Below are positions 15,635 through 26,834 of a DNA stretch of 64,000 bases, piece after piece (the first letter of the stretch is position 1; every line of letters begins with the position of its first letter). The translations under genes and the position numbers were made by a program. Below the pieces are notes generated by a model. It ran no database searches. It saw only the letters and a program-made list of their open reading frames with translations, and was not told the origin of the DNA. The DNA is from Nemertoderma westbladi (lineage: Eukaryota > Animalia > Xenacoelomorpha), in NCBI GenBank assembly GCA_032718475.1, contig JAUCBJ010008109.1, positions 86,407 through 150,406 of the forward strand, given 5' to 3'.

Positions 15635-17222
15635 CTGCCGAGTTACATTATTATTTCATTTAGTTTTATGTCAATCAATTGGTAACGATTCCTGCTCGCT
15701 CTCCACAATTTAATAGTTTTAATACTTTTAGTTTTAATTGTTTTAAAATAAAGTTGGACAAGTTCTACTAGATCTAAATTATACAGCTGGATTTATAGTA
15801 TTATTATATAATATGGCAGTGATTTTCTTTTTCTCCGTATAATTTTACATGAGGAATTTTTTTAGACTCTAAATTAATTTTCATGCCCCTTTTTATTCAA
15901 ACTGTCAGGCTGAGGATTTCTGGACTTCCTGATAGTCGATTTCTAAATTATTAAATTTAGTGAGTAAGGAAAGGAACAGGTTTCAGCGGTAGTCTTTTTT
16001 TATTTACACCAGTTTGGTAGTGCTTGATACCGAAACGTAAATCATGAAATAAAACGAAGTAATAAAGTAAAAAGGACATTACAAAAGTTATACCCATTTA
16101 ATTGAATTGCTATACACTAGTGTTACATAAATCGATACAAACTTGTTGCTATAATAAATTTTATTCTCTGCTAAATCTATTTATTCTGTAAAAAATGATT
16201 TTTTTTAAATGGGTCACCAAACCGAACCTACTGTTTGGAAATTAACAGGTAGGAAACGGCGTTATCTGATACAACTACACTGTGTGTGCCAACAGCCAGT
16301 GATTGTGTGTCGAGATTGCACTGTCCTCGGGGACTGACAGTTTCTGCTACCGGTACCGGTGGTATGGGAGAGCCAGGCCATGGGAGAGCGCTGTCCTGAG
16401 ATTCACCTTTAACATGTAGGCCTACAACTACAGTACAACCTAATCGATAAACCGCCATCTCTTCATAACCCGTACGAAAATCGCCCGAGGCATTGCGTTA
16501 CCGTTAACTAAATACGTTATCGTTAGTTTCAAGTTGTCCCCTTGGACGTCAACTCCAACTGATGTTGTTTGACAGTTTCCGAATGCGTAAACCCAAATAA
16601 TTACAACGCGAGCGAACGAATAACCATTAATTGACAAGGTGAGATTTGTGGTGCGTAGCGTCCATACTTACACCAACTATCAACTATCATCAGCGTATAC
16701 CGATGCACCTAGCAGACCGTGTACCGTACCAGAGTGTACCAGAGTGTTCAAACCAAAATTAATCCGATGTACAGTAATTGTAATTTAACCTAAAAACGTA
16801 ATTATTATTCTGCTGTTTATGTGTTTGCTTCTTTTTATTTGTGTATATTTTTTTGTCCTCTGTCTCCCAACCTTTAGGTCATGAGTTCGAGCCCTAGTAA
16901 AGGAATACCAGTTTTCGTCTAGTTGTTAACTCTTAATGAATTATGAGTTCTGAGAATTTGTGAATTATGAGGGAAAATAATAGTGAGAGTATTCGATGTA
17001 GGGAGTTAGTCTGTGGCGTCCTGTCCGCCTTACAGGTAACAGCCAAGATAATTCTTTGTCAATGTTTCTTAATTCACATTCACGGATAAATTTACCTTTA
17101 TTTTCAAGTATCAGAAAGTTTTCTATAAATACAAACCGGCAGTACTAAATACTTTCAGTTTGGTTTTAGCCATTTAGTCATCTTATATGCCTAAACTATT
17201 AAACCTTTAAAAAATTATTTAC

Positions 17223-17402
17223 CTCTACAACTATCAGCATGCCAACATTTCGTAGATTCCATTTGGGTCTGATTGCCATGGGAACAGGGTTTCCCACCGT
17301 ATCTGGGTGATGGTGAGGTGCATGTACGAGATCTATGGACTAAACTTTCTCCACAGGAGACTGGGCATGATGACCAAGACGACCAATGGGACCAACCGCC
17401 GT
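17223..17402 (-). CDS. Properdin-like/TSP1 protein, coding exon 5 (TSP1 domain)
   Basis: TAG acceptor and GTAAAT donor, 180 nt, phase 1-1; [40 protein letters not shown]. Confidence 0.93.
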
Positions 17403-17642
17403 CTAGTTTATAGAGGTACATTAATGAGTTATAATTAATAGGAGTTCTAATTAAAGCTAATTGTCTCGTAGTTTATAAAAGTTTAAAAAATGTTTGAAAA
17501 GGAAGGCACTCTGGGGCCTTTGTGCAGCAAAAGTTCAACCATCTTAACGAACACTTATAATTATACTATGGTTAGTTACTATACTGGCTTGCGATACACC
17601 CAAACACCCCCCCCCACCATCGAAATAATATTATTCCCTTAC

Positions 17643-17819
17643 CTATTGGACACGGCGTTCTGATTGGACAATGCATGGTTTCCGAGCTGGGTCCCGGACA
17701 CTCCTTACCGCCCTCTAGCGGTGAAGGTGAGTTACATAATCGTATTCGTGTCTTCGTTGTAGCACCGCATGACGGCGTACACTCAGAGAATTCTCCCCAG
17801 ACAGACCAACCACCATCAA
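17643..17819 (-). CDS. Properdin-like/TSP1 protein, coding exon 4 (TSP1 domain)
   Basis: CAG acceptor and GTAAGG donor, 177 nt, phase 1-1; VDGGWSVWGEFSECTPSCGATTKTRIRLCNSPSPLEGGKECPG. Confidence 0.93.
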
Positions 17820-19081
17820 CTGCAACATCAGACCAAATGGCAAAGCCCATTTAGATTTAAAACATAATTTTTTTAAAAACTTAAAATATTCAATAACCAC
17901 GACCCCCCCCCCCCCCCCCCCCGTATCTATAATAATAATACCCATAATATATATATACTTACTATACGCGTACTTACTATATATTACTAATAATACTAAC
18001 ATCCGTATCTATAATTCTGAAGATTTGGGCACGCCTTCTATCGTTGTCTGACGATAACGAATAACATAATAATAACAACATTAACTATAACAATAACATA
18101 ACGAATAATATCGTAAACGAATTTATCTTGAACTGAATCTGAATCTGAATCTTGAACAAAGACGCAATACTACTAGGATCGGCATGCTGCATTGCAGCTG
18201 CATTTTTAAGAATGCTGTGCCGGCTTGTCGACAAAATTGCACCGCCACAACTCCCTATCACCCATAACATTTGCTAGATCATCCGCATCTTTAAGGCCAG
18301 TGTCCTTTAAGATGCGTCTCAAAAAGTCATGGGCTGTCCACCATGCTTATTCACTCCATGAGGCTGCCAAAGTAAAAGATTATGCACTGGCTGGCCCTCA
18401 CGGCGAAAGCAATGCCTTTTAAAGCGGAGTCGGCTTTGTTCAAGTGTCAAGCTTGGGGGGAACCAATGAGACACCTCCAATGTTATATAGTGTCTGGTTG
18501 GAGATGTGTGCATTGTACTTGACACAATGAACCCGGTGTAGCATTCTTGTGAATGTGCCATCCAGAGATTTGGTGTCCTCAGCAGTTAGATCCCAGCATG
18601 GACTCCCATAGAGGAGTACTGGAACTACCGCTGCTCTAAATAATCGGACCTTAAGTTTTCGATTAATTCTCTGTGACTTCCAAATCCTGGAAGGCCTATT
18701 CAAGGCTGCCCATGCCTTTCCCTTACGTATTCGAAGGTCCTCACCTGACTTCCGGATCCATGATCCCAGGTAACAGAAGTCGTCCACATGCTCAAGCATA
18801 CCATCCTTTGTTTGACCTTATGCTCATCCGCTCAGTGACTTGCCGAGGACCTTCAAAGTTAACTGTCAGAATTTTGGTCTTTTTGGAGTTAATAAAAAGA
18901 CCAACACTAGAATCTGTCTGTTCTAATGAGCTGAGTAGCAGTTGGGCTCCCTCTAGTGATTTTGAGAGTTTTCCCAGCATTCTTAAAAATGCAGCTGCAA
19001 TGCAGCATGCCGATACTAGTAGTAGTAGTAGAGAGTTCTCCTAAGTCATCAGCAAAGTCTAGATCAGTTAAGTACTTGGCA

Positions 19082-19405
19082 TTTATTATAGGAAGGGATC
19101 TAGGGGTCGAACCTCGATTTATTTTACCGAAAATAACTTATCTTTTATTGGCGCAATTGTAGGACTAATCCCATCACATGCGTACTTTTTAACCGGGTAT
19201 TGTACAAATTTAGGGATCGCGTAATTTTTCTTGAAATTAAAATCTCATATCTCTCCAAACCACGTAGGCGTTTCGACCTTACTGGGTCTCATCAGCGTGG
19301 TGTCGGATTCTAGCCTAGCCTAGATCCCTTCCTATAATAAATGTATAATAACAAACACCTCGAAAAATACAGCAAACACCTCGAAAAATACAGCTTGCCA
19401 ACACA
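19082..19405 (-). mobile_element. Small insertion nested in the RTE copy, with inverted repeats and a hammerhead motif (Penelope-like pLTR fragment)
   Basis: 13-bp duplication TAAGTACTTGGCA (19069-19081 and 19406-19418); 25-bp perfect inverted repeat at 19080-19104 and 19319-19343; absent from the sister RTE copy near 56940. Confidence 0.7.
19259..19301 (-). ncRNA. Minimal type I hammerhead ribozyme motif (one stem III mismatch)
   Basis: ACCACG-CTGATGA-GACC-cagtaa-GGTC-GAAA-CGCC-TA-CGTGGT: stem I of 6 bp, stem II of 4 bp, conserved core. Confidence 0.75.
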
Positions 19406-20307
19406 TAAGTACTTGGCAGGACTTCCTCGACTTCTGGACTTCTATACACTACAAAGACGCAACTATGAACTGGGCCTCTAGCGTCAAAGAGACCCTAAAT
19501 TGGTTAGGATTGAGTTGGGCTTGGGAGGAACATGAGGTATGGTTCGGAATGGTTTTCGAGGTTCAGCCAGACAGATTATATTTGACCAGTACGTACAGAC
19601 AGGCATGGTGGGCAAATATAAATGTGTCACCAAGGTGAGACTTTACACTAAAGACCTGTTCGGTACAGAATTGTATTTGTGTTACCCCTCCTTAAAGCTG
19701 GCGATGGTGGAGCTACGCCGAAGCGAGCGACAGGAGCCTTCCGAGTGATTGTGTCGAGTCTGTAACTCTGGAGAAATTGAGGATTAACTCCATTTTTTAC
19801 TGATTTGTCCCGCATACAGAACACTAAGAATCTAATTTATAAAAATGCATTATCAATTATTTCCAGCCGTTTTTAAGTATCGCAAATTATTATCATCCCA
19901 GTCCAGATCTGAAGTGAATAATAAATCTATCTCTATCAATCAGTAAGGCTTTCAAACTCAGAAATAAATTGATATTGCTATAGTCGAATTTACTTAACCT
20001 ATATCAATTGATTGTAACTACTAAAATGTATGATGTACAATTTATGTTATTTCTTTGTGAATTAATTGTGCATTTGGGAATTGTATTTCTTCTTAGAGGT
20101 GGAGCTTACAATGTTTATGTAATACCCAGCTGGGAGGTGACCACAATGTAACTCGCTTTTAAATCTTTGTTTTCCGTGTCCTCCTATCTCCACAACCTCA
20201 TAATAATTATAGTTCGCCAATTTTGTATATTACACATGAGATTCATTCAATGACACTAAAAAAATATATATTTATTTTATAGAGTGATAATATCGTTAGC
20301 GAAATGT

Positions 20308-21153
20308 AAGTTACAACATATGTTACTAAGTTACAACATTGTTACTAAATTACAACATATGTTACTAAGTTACAACATATGTTACTAAATTACGACATAT
20401 GTTACTAAGTTACGACATACGTTACTACGTTACGACATACGTTACAACATATGTTACTAAGTTACGACATATGTTACTAAGTTACAACATATGTTACTAA
20501 ATTACGACATATGTTACTAAATTACGACATATGTTACTAAGTTACGACATACGTTACTACGTTACGACATACGTTACTACGTTACGACATATGTTACTAA
20601 GTTACGACATATGTTACTAAGTTACAACATATGTTACTAAATTACGACATATGTTACTAAATTACGACATATGTTACTAAGTTACGACATATGTTACTAA
20701 GTTACAACATATGTTACTAAATTACGACATATGTTACTAAGTTACAACATATGTTACTAAGTTACGACATATGTTACTAAGTTACAACATATGTTACTAA
20801 ATTACGACATATGTTACTAAATTACGACATATGTTACTAAGTTACGACATACGTTACTACGTTACGACATACGTTACTACGTTACAACATATGTTACTAA
20901 GTTACGACATATGTTACTAAGTTACAACATATGTTACTAAATTACGACATATGTTACTAAATTACGACATATGTTACTAAGTTACGACATATGTTACTAA
21001 GTTACGACATACGTTACTACGTTACGACATATGTTACTAAGTTACGACATATGTTACTAAGTTACAACATATGTTACTAAATTACGACATATGTTACTAA
21101 ATTACGACATATGTTACTAAGTTACGACATATGTTACTAAGTTACGACATATG
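20308..21153. repeat. 20-bp tandem repeat (about 42 copies)
   Basis: Unit ATGTTACTAA(G/A)TTAC(G/A)ACAT; begins about 22 nt inside the intron after exon 21176-21328. Confidence 0.98.
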
Positions 21154-21175
21154 ACAGTTAAAACTAAGAACTCAC

Positions 21176-21328
21176 CGGGGCAAGGATTGGGTAAGAAGCA
21201 TGGACGCAGTTGTTTCGTGTCTCCCGTACATAGAGGAGATGGAGTCCTGAGACATTGTCGGTAGCGTGTCTCCCATCCAGTACCACAAGAAGAAGAACAG
21301 ACACCCCAATCCATCCACTCTCCCCAAT
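21176..21328 (-). CDS. Properdin-like/TSP1 protein, coding exon 3 (first TSP1 domain)
   Basis: TAG acceptor and GTGAGT donor, 153 nt, phase 1-1; DWGEWMDWGVCSSSCGTGWETRYRQCLRTPSPLCTGDTKQLRPC. Confidence 0.92.
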
Positions 21329-21500
21329 CTAAACATAAACATATATTGTGAACACTAGCAACTGTGCTTGCACAAGTATGATCTCCTGAGGTTAATAGCT
21401 TTTGGTCGCTGAAGATCTTTTTTTAAAGATTAAAGCCCAGACAATTAATTATAAATGGACAGTCACAGTTTGTTGGTAAACTGATATTTATCTCACTAAC

Positions 21501-21833
21501 CTTCTTTAGACTGTCGAGGGATTTTGTTGGCTATTGAAACCGTTTTCTCATTGTGTTCTGTTGTAATCCATTCGGTTTCCGTTCTATTACTTTCTTTTCG
21601 AAGTTCCTCGACAAATTTGCTCATCTCTTGTATAATTAACCGCGTATTCTTATGTGGAACGTGGTTAGGAACACAGGAACGGCAGCCAATCCCGTTCTTA
21701 TGTTCCGCATAGGCCGCACTGCTGAATATCTCGCAACACGTAGTGTAGTTAAGTTGTTTGTAATGGAGTCCAACTTTACGACATGGTTGTTTTTTATAAG
21801 CCTTATATCGGTTAAAACAAGCGCCTCCATCAA
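21501..21833 (-). CDS. Properdin-like protein, coding exon 2 (TB/TSR0-like domain plus linker)
   Basis: TAG acceptor and GTTAGT donor, 333 nt, phase 1-1. The pattern CFNRY...C...TCC...AY...GCRSC matches the six-Cys spacing of the properdin N-terminal domain (CFTQY..C..DCC..AY..LCQPC). Confidence 0.82.
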
Positions 21834-21949
21834 CTAAAACACAAAATAATATAATCGAACCTAAATATGTGAGTGTCATATAATGTAAACAGGAGATCAT
21901 TATAATGATTGACCCTACCATACCCGGTCAATCAGCCGTTGTGCTCGAA

Positions 21950-22718
21950 ACCCTTTACTACTGCCAGTATCAGGAGATTCATGTGGGAGGGTGTCGCAGG
22001 CTGCACCCCTTATACTGCCAGTAGCGGGGATCCATGTTGGAGGGTGTGGCTGGCTGAATGAACCTCTTATCACTTCCAGTAGAAAGGGGTCCTTGTGGGA
22101 GGGTGTGGTAGGCTGCACCCCTTATCACTGCCACTAACGGGGGATCCATGTTGGAGGGTGTGGCAGGCTGCACCCCTTATAACTGCCACTAACGGGGGAT
22201 CCATGTTGGAGGATGTGGCAGGCTGCACCCCTTATCACTGCCACTAACGGGGGATCCATGTTGGAGGGTGTGGCAGGCTGCACCCCTTATCACTGCCAGT
22301 AGCAGGGATCCATGTGGGAGGGTGTGGCAGGCTGCACCCCTTATCACTGCCAGTAGCAGGGATCCATGTGGGAGGGTGTGGCAGGCTGCACCCCTTATCA
22401 CTGCTAGTAGCAGGGATCCTCGTGGGAGGGTGTGGCAGGCTGCACCCCTTATTACTGCCAGTAGCAGGGATCCTTGAGGGAGGGTATGGCAGGATGCACC
22501 CCTTATCACTGCCAGTAGCAGGGATCCATGTGGGAGGGTGTGGCAGGCTGCATCCCTTATCACTGCCAGTAGCAGGGATCCATGTGGGAGGGTGTGGCAG
22601 GCTGCACCCCTTATCACTGCCAGTAGCATGGGGATCCATGTGGGAGTGTGACAGGCTGCACCTCTTATCACTGCCAGTAGCATGGGGATCCATGTGGGAG
22701 TGTGACAGGCTGCACCCA
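21950..22718. repeat. 54-bp minisatellite (about 14 copies)
   Basis: Unit GGCAGGCTGCACCCCTTATCACTGCCAGTAGCAGGGATCCATGTGGGAGGGTGT; gives 18-aa periodic ORFs. Confidence 0.97.
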
Positions 22719-22820
22719 TTGTAGAAACTGCGGCTGCCCTTATTTATCAATATAGGAAATATTGGTTTTCTTTTTGGAGTTATTACAGCCCTGGTGACTA
22801 AATGAGAAAACAACAAGTTC

Positions 22821-22868
22821 TTTATTATCAATTAATTTCTGCCACTAGGGCCATCGTCAGGATATAAA
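22821..22868 (-). ncRNA. Degenerate minimal hammerhead-like motif
   Basis: TATC-CTGACGA-tggccctagtggca-GAAA-TTAA-TT-GATA; stem II is imperfect. Confidence 0.4.
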
Positions 22869-23529
22869 TCAAACAAACACAGACGGAAACCACACCGACT
22901 ACATACAGTTGCTTATATTTACAGTACAGGTTTACGATATATTTATCAAGTTAGACTCATAATTTTTTATTGGTGTTTTGGGTGAATGAGTGATTTCATA
23001 TTATTATAACATTGGTTGGGCACAGCTATGCAAACCTTTCATTGTGACGAGTAGTGGTGTTGTTGGAAATGAAGCACCGCCGGTGCCGATCTGCTGACTT
23101 TATGCCGCAAAGTAATTTGTTGCGATGGTCCGGTATTATTCCCAGTGGCCTGGAGTTAAACTCCGCATTGGATTTTAAACTCTTTCCGCATTCACATCGA
23201 GGTGGGAGAGGTGCTTGATTAGAGGAGCGATGGGCTTAGAAGGCACACCCCTGAGGACTAGCTAATGGATAGCCCAATAAGGATCCCTGGGTGTGAATGC
23301 AACAACCCCGTGGTTCTATTCGAAATTAACATGCAAAGTACGCCGTCACCGCCGCACAGTTTATTGTCCTAATCTGGCGTTTAAATCAGCTTCGAAATAC
23401 TATGAACTAATTAATTTGTGGAAATTCAGTCGAAGTCCCACAGTCACTGTCAATTATGATGAATTTTCTGACCCAAAGTATCTTTCTCTTAGATTTATAT
23501 AAAACTAGTATTTTTATTCTAGTATATCT

Positions 23530-25066
23530 ACAACTCCACACCATTACCACCACCCCTACCTTTACTACCTCCACCTCTACCCTTTCTACAACCTCACACC
23601 CTTACCACCACCCCTACATGTACTACCCCCTCCCCATATCTACCCCTTCTACAACCTCACACCCTTACCACTACCCCTACTTATACTACCCCGCATCTAC
23701 CTTTTCTACATCCTCACACCCTTACCACCACCCCGCATCTACCCTTTCTACAACCTCACAGCCTTACCACCACCTCCACATCTACCCTTTCTACAACCTC
23801 ACACCCTTGCCACAACCCCTACCTATACCACCTCCACCTCTACCCTTTCTACAACCTCACACCCTTACCACAACCCCTACCTATACCACCTCCACCTCTA
23901 CCCTTTCTACAACCTCACACCCTTACCACCACCCCTACATGTACTACCCCCTCCCCATATCTACCCCTTCTACAACCTCACACCCTTGCCACAACCCCTA
24001 CCTATACCACCTCCACCTCTACCCTTTCTACAACCTCACACCCTTACCACAACCCCTACCTATACCACCTCCACCTCTACCCTTTCTACAACCTCACACC
24101 CTTACTACAACCCTACCTATAACGCCTCCACCTCTACCCTTTCTACAACCCCACACCCTTATCACCACCCCTACCTATACCACCTCCACATCTACCCTTT
24201 CTACAACCTCACACCCTTGCCACAACCCCTACCTATACCACCCCGCATCTACCCTTTCTACAACCATGACCTACTCTATATAGTAGGTCATGCTACAACC
24301 TCACACCCTTACCACCGCCCCGAACCTATACCACCTCCACATCTACCCTTTCTACAACCTCACACCCTTGCCACAACCCCTACCTATACCACCTCCACCT
24401 CTACCCTTTCTACAACCTCACACCCTTACCACAACCCATACATATAATACCTCCACCTCTACCCTTTCTACCCTTACCACCACCCCTACCTATACCACCT
24501 CCAACTCTACCCTTTCTAGAATCTCACACCCTTACCACCACCCCTACCTATACCACCCCGCATCTACCCTTTCTACAACCTCACAGCCTTACCACCACCC
24601 CTACCTATACCACCCCGCATCTACCCTTTCTACAACCATGACCTACTCTATATAGTAGGTCATGCTACAACCTCACACCCTTACCACCGCCCCGAACCTA
24701 TACCGCCGCAACCTCTACCCTTTCTACAACCCCACACCCTTACCACCACCCCTACCTATACCGCCCCCATATCAACCCCTTCTAAAACCTCACACACTTT
24801 CCACCACCCCTACCTATACCACCCACATCTACCATTTCTACAACCCCACACCCTTACCACCACCCCTACCTATACCGCCCCCATATCAACCCCTTCTAAA
24901 ACCTCACACCCTTACCCCCACCCCTACTTATACCACCCCCATATCTACCCCTTCCACAACTCCACACGCTTACCACCACCCCTACCTATACCACCTCCAC
25001 CTCTACCCTTTCTACAATCTCACACCCTTACCACAACCCCTACCTATAACGCCTCCACCTCCACAC
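23530..25066. repeat. C/A-rich composite minisatellite (G-rich on the transcribed minus strand)
   Basis: Recurrent CTACCCTTTCTACAACCTCACACCCTTACCACCACCCCTACCTATACCACCTCCAC modules, with internal larger duplications (e.g. 24240-24335 vs 24612-24705). Confidence 0.95.
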
Positions 25067-25069
25067 CTA

Positions 25070-25246
25070 GGTTCCTCCTTGGTGTAGTGTTTGCATTGAA
25101 ATAACATCTCTCTGGAGGTCGTGGGTTCGATCCTCACATGGGCCAGGGCAGTTTTCGTTTCGGTACGAATGCTTTAAAGGGTTGTGCGTAATGTAATCCC
25201 TTGCCTAGCGGTCGAAGAAAATTTACTTTTTTTACTTTTTTACTTT
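25070..25246 (+). mobile_element. tRNA-derived SINE
   Basis: A-box-like TGGTGTAGTG, B-box GGTTCGATCC, and a repeated TTTAC/T-rich tail; interrupts the C-rich repeat. Confidence 0.6.
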
Positions 25247-25515
25247 GCCCATTCTACAACTCCCACACCCTCACCACCACCTTACCTTACCCTACCCACC
25301 CATACCACCTAACCTTACTACAACCCCCACACCCTCACCACCACCCTACCCTTACCCTTGCCCTACCCACCCATACCACCTAACCTTACTACAACCCCCA
25401 CACCCTCACCACCACCCTACCCTTACCCTACCCACCCAACCTTACTACAACCCCCACACCATTACCAGCACCCCCACACCCTTTACCACCACCCCCACCC
25501 TTACCACCACATCCT
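25247..25515. repeat. C/A-rich minisatellite, continuation up to the exon 1 donor
   Basis: CCCTTACCACC-type modules starting about 16 nt from the donor at 25531. Confidence 0.9.
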
Positions 25516-25531
25516 AACTCATAATTCTTAC

Positions 25532-25598
25532 CTGGTAGGATAAATTCGGTACATATAACAATTCCTATAGACAAAATAATTAACTTTTTAAAATTCAT
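25532..25598 (-). CDS. Properdin-like protein, first coding exon (signal peptide); not in ORF track
   Basis: ATG at 25598 gives MNFKKLIILSIGIVICTEFILP, followed by a CAG|GTAAGA donor in phase 1 that joins exon 21833 in frame (..LP-VDG-GACF). Confidence 0.8.
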
Positions 25599-26834
25599 AA
25601 TTAAAACATTTTTATCATCTCGTAAATTAATTTGAAGCCACGAATGTAAAAGAGTTCTGAAGCGAATTTACTGACGGCATACGAATTTGAGACAGAGAGA
25701 CAGTTAGGCTATTATTACAATTATATTTGGTTTGTAAGAAAATAAAAAGACATTGATTTCCCTTTGGATTAGCGCGGAACGTAATTAATAATATGGGGGT
25801 TGAGTTCGGCAAAGATGAAAGATAAACGATACGGATTGAACCAAAAGGCCTAGCTATATTACCTGTAGCTGTAAAAGGTTAACTAAACGAGATTCTCGCA
25901 TCCTCAGGTTGTGATTGGCTACACTAAATGATATATCGAAGTATGAACTGGTCGCTAATTGGGTGATAATGACTTCCAATGTGTTCTGAGATGCTTTCCT
26001 GTGCAGCATCTTTAGGTATTCCAATATTCCTACTGGAGTGCTAAGTTAATAATATATTAATGTAGCGGTTCTAGCTTTAAAGAGGTACAATTTTACGGCT
26101 TGTGATGTAGATAAAAGAAGTACGTAGCGGAATACGAACAAACTGCTACATGCCAAACCGGCGCCCGTGATAATTGAATGAAACACACAAATCGGGTGGA
26201 TCCAGAAAGGCAACCTCAACTATAAGTAAGTGCAGTTAACCAGATCTTGTAGTCTCAACATGACGTATTGACTTCCGCCCCTGGCCATTTATTCTATTGA
26301 ATAAATACACCATGTTGTAGAACATTTTGTTTATGTTTAAATATCCACCAACTAGTAAGTGTACATTGCTAACAGGCTGGTATGAATACCTATTGGTAAT
26401 ATTTAGGTCCGGGTGAACGGGAAAGAGGATTCATTGTGTATCTATTTCTTTAACGTACTATATAAGTGGCAAAAAAAGTAAGAAGAAAGCAAGACAAAAA
26501 ATGTTCCTTTTTGCCACCACATATGTCGTTTTATTTGTTGCAAGTCTTCACACTTTTATCTGAGCCTATTTCAGCATAAATGTCTTCCATCGAAGCTTCT
26601 TCAATAGTGAAATACCCTTATATAAAGCAAAATAACATGCAGTATATAGCCCTATTATGATATTATCATATTCTAGAATATATTAATTAATTAACAAACA
26701 TTTGGTGTTCGAAAATTAGAATTAAAACTTGAACTAAAACATATAAATAGTAAAATATATAATGTTATGCTGTAAAATAAATACTATTACTATTATTACT
26801 AATTAATACTTATTATTATAATTAAATACTGTAC

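Larger units (their letters stand above)
18168..19450 (-). mobile_element. 5'-truncated, degenerate RTE-type non-LTR retrotransposon in an intron
   Basis: RT C-terminal peptides (VDDFCYLGSW, PVLLYGSPCW, DLDFADD region) with frameshifts; (TAG)n 3' tail; 12-bp direct repeat ACAAAGACGCAA at 18156-18167 and 19451-19462; close match to the copy at 56124-57137. Confidence 0.9.

Noticed and set aside
16228-16730. Short ORFs and a GC-richer patch between TSP1 exons
   Set aside because: No recognisable domain and no convincing splice-site pair; the flanking exons already join in frame.
22189-25543. Pro/Thr/His-rich, mucin- or extensin-like ORFs
   Set aside because: Translations of minisatellites lying in intron 1 of the properdin-like gene.
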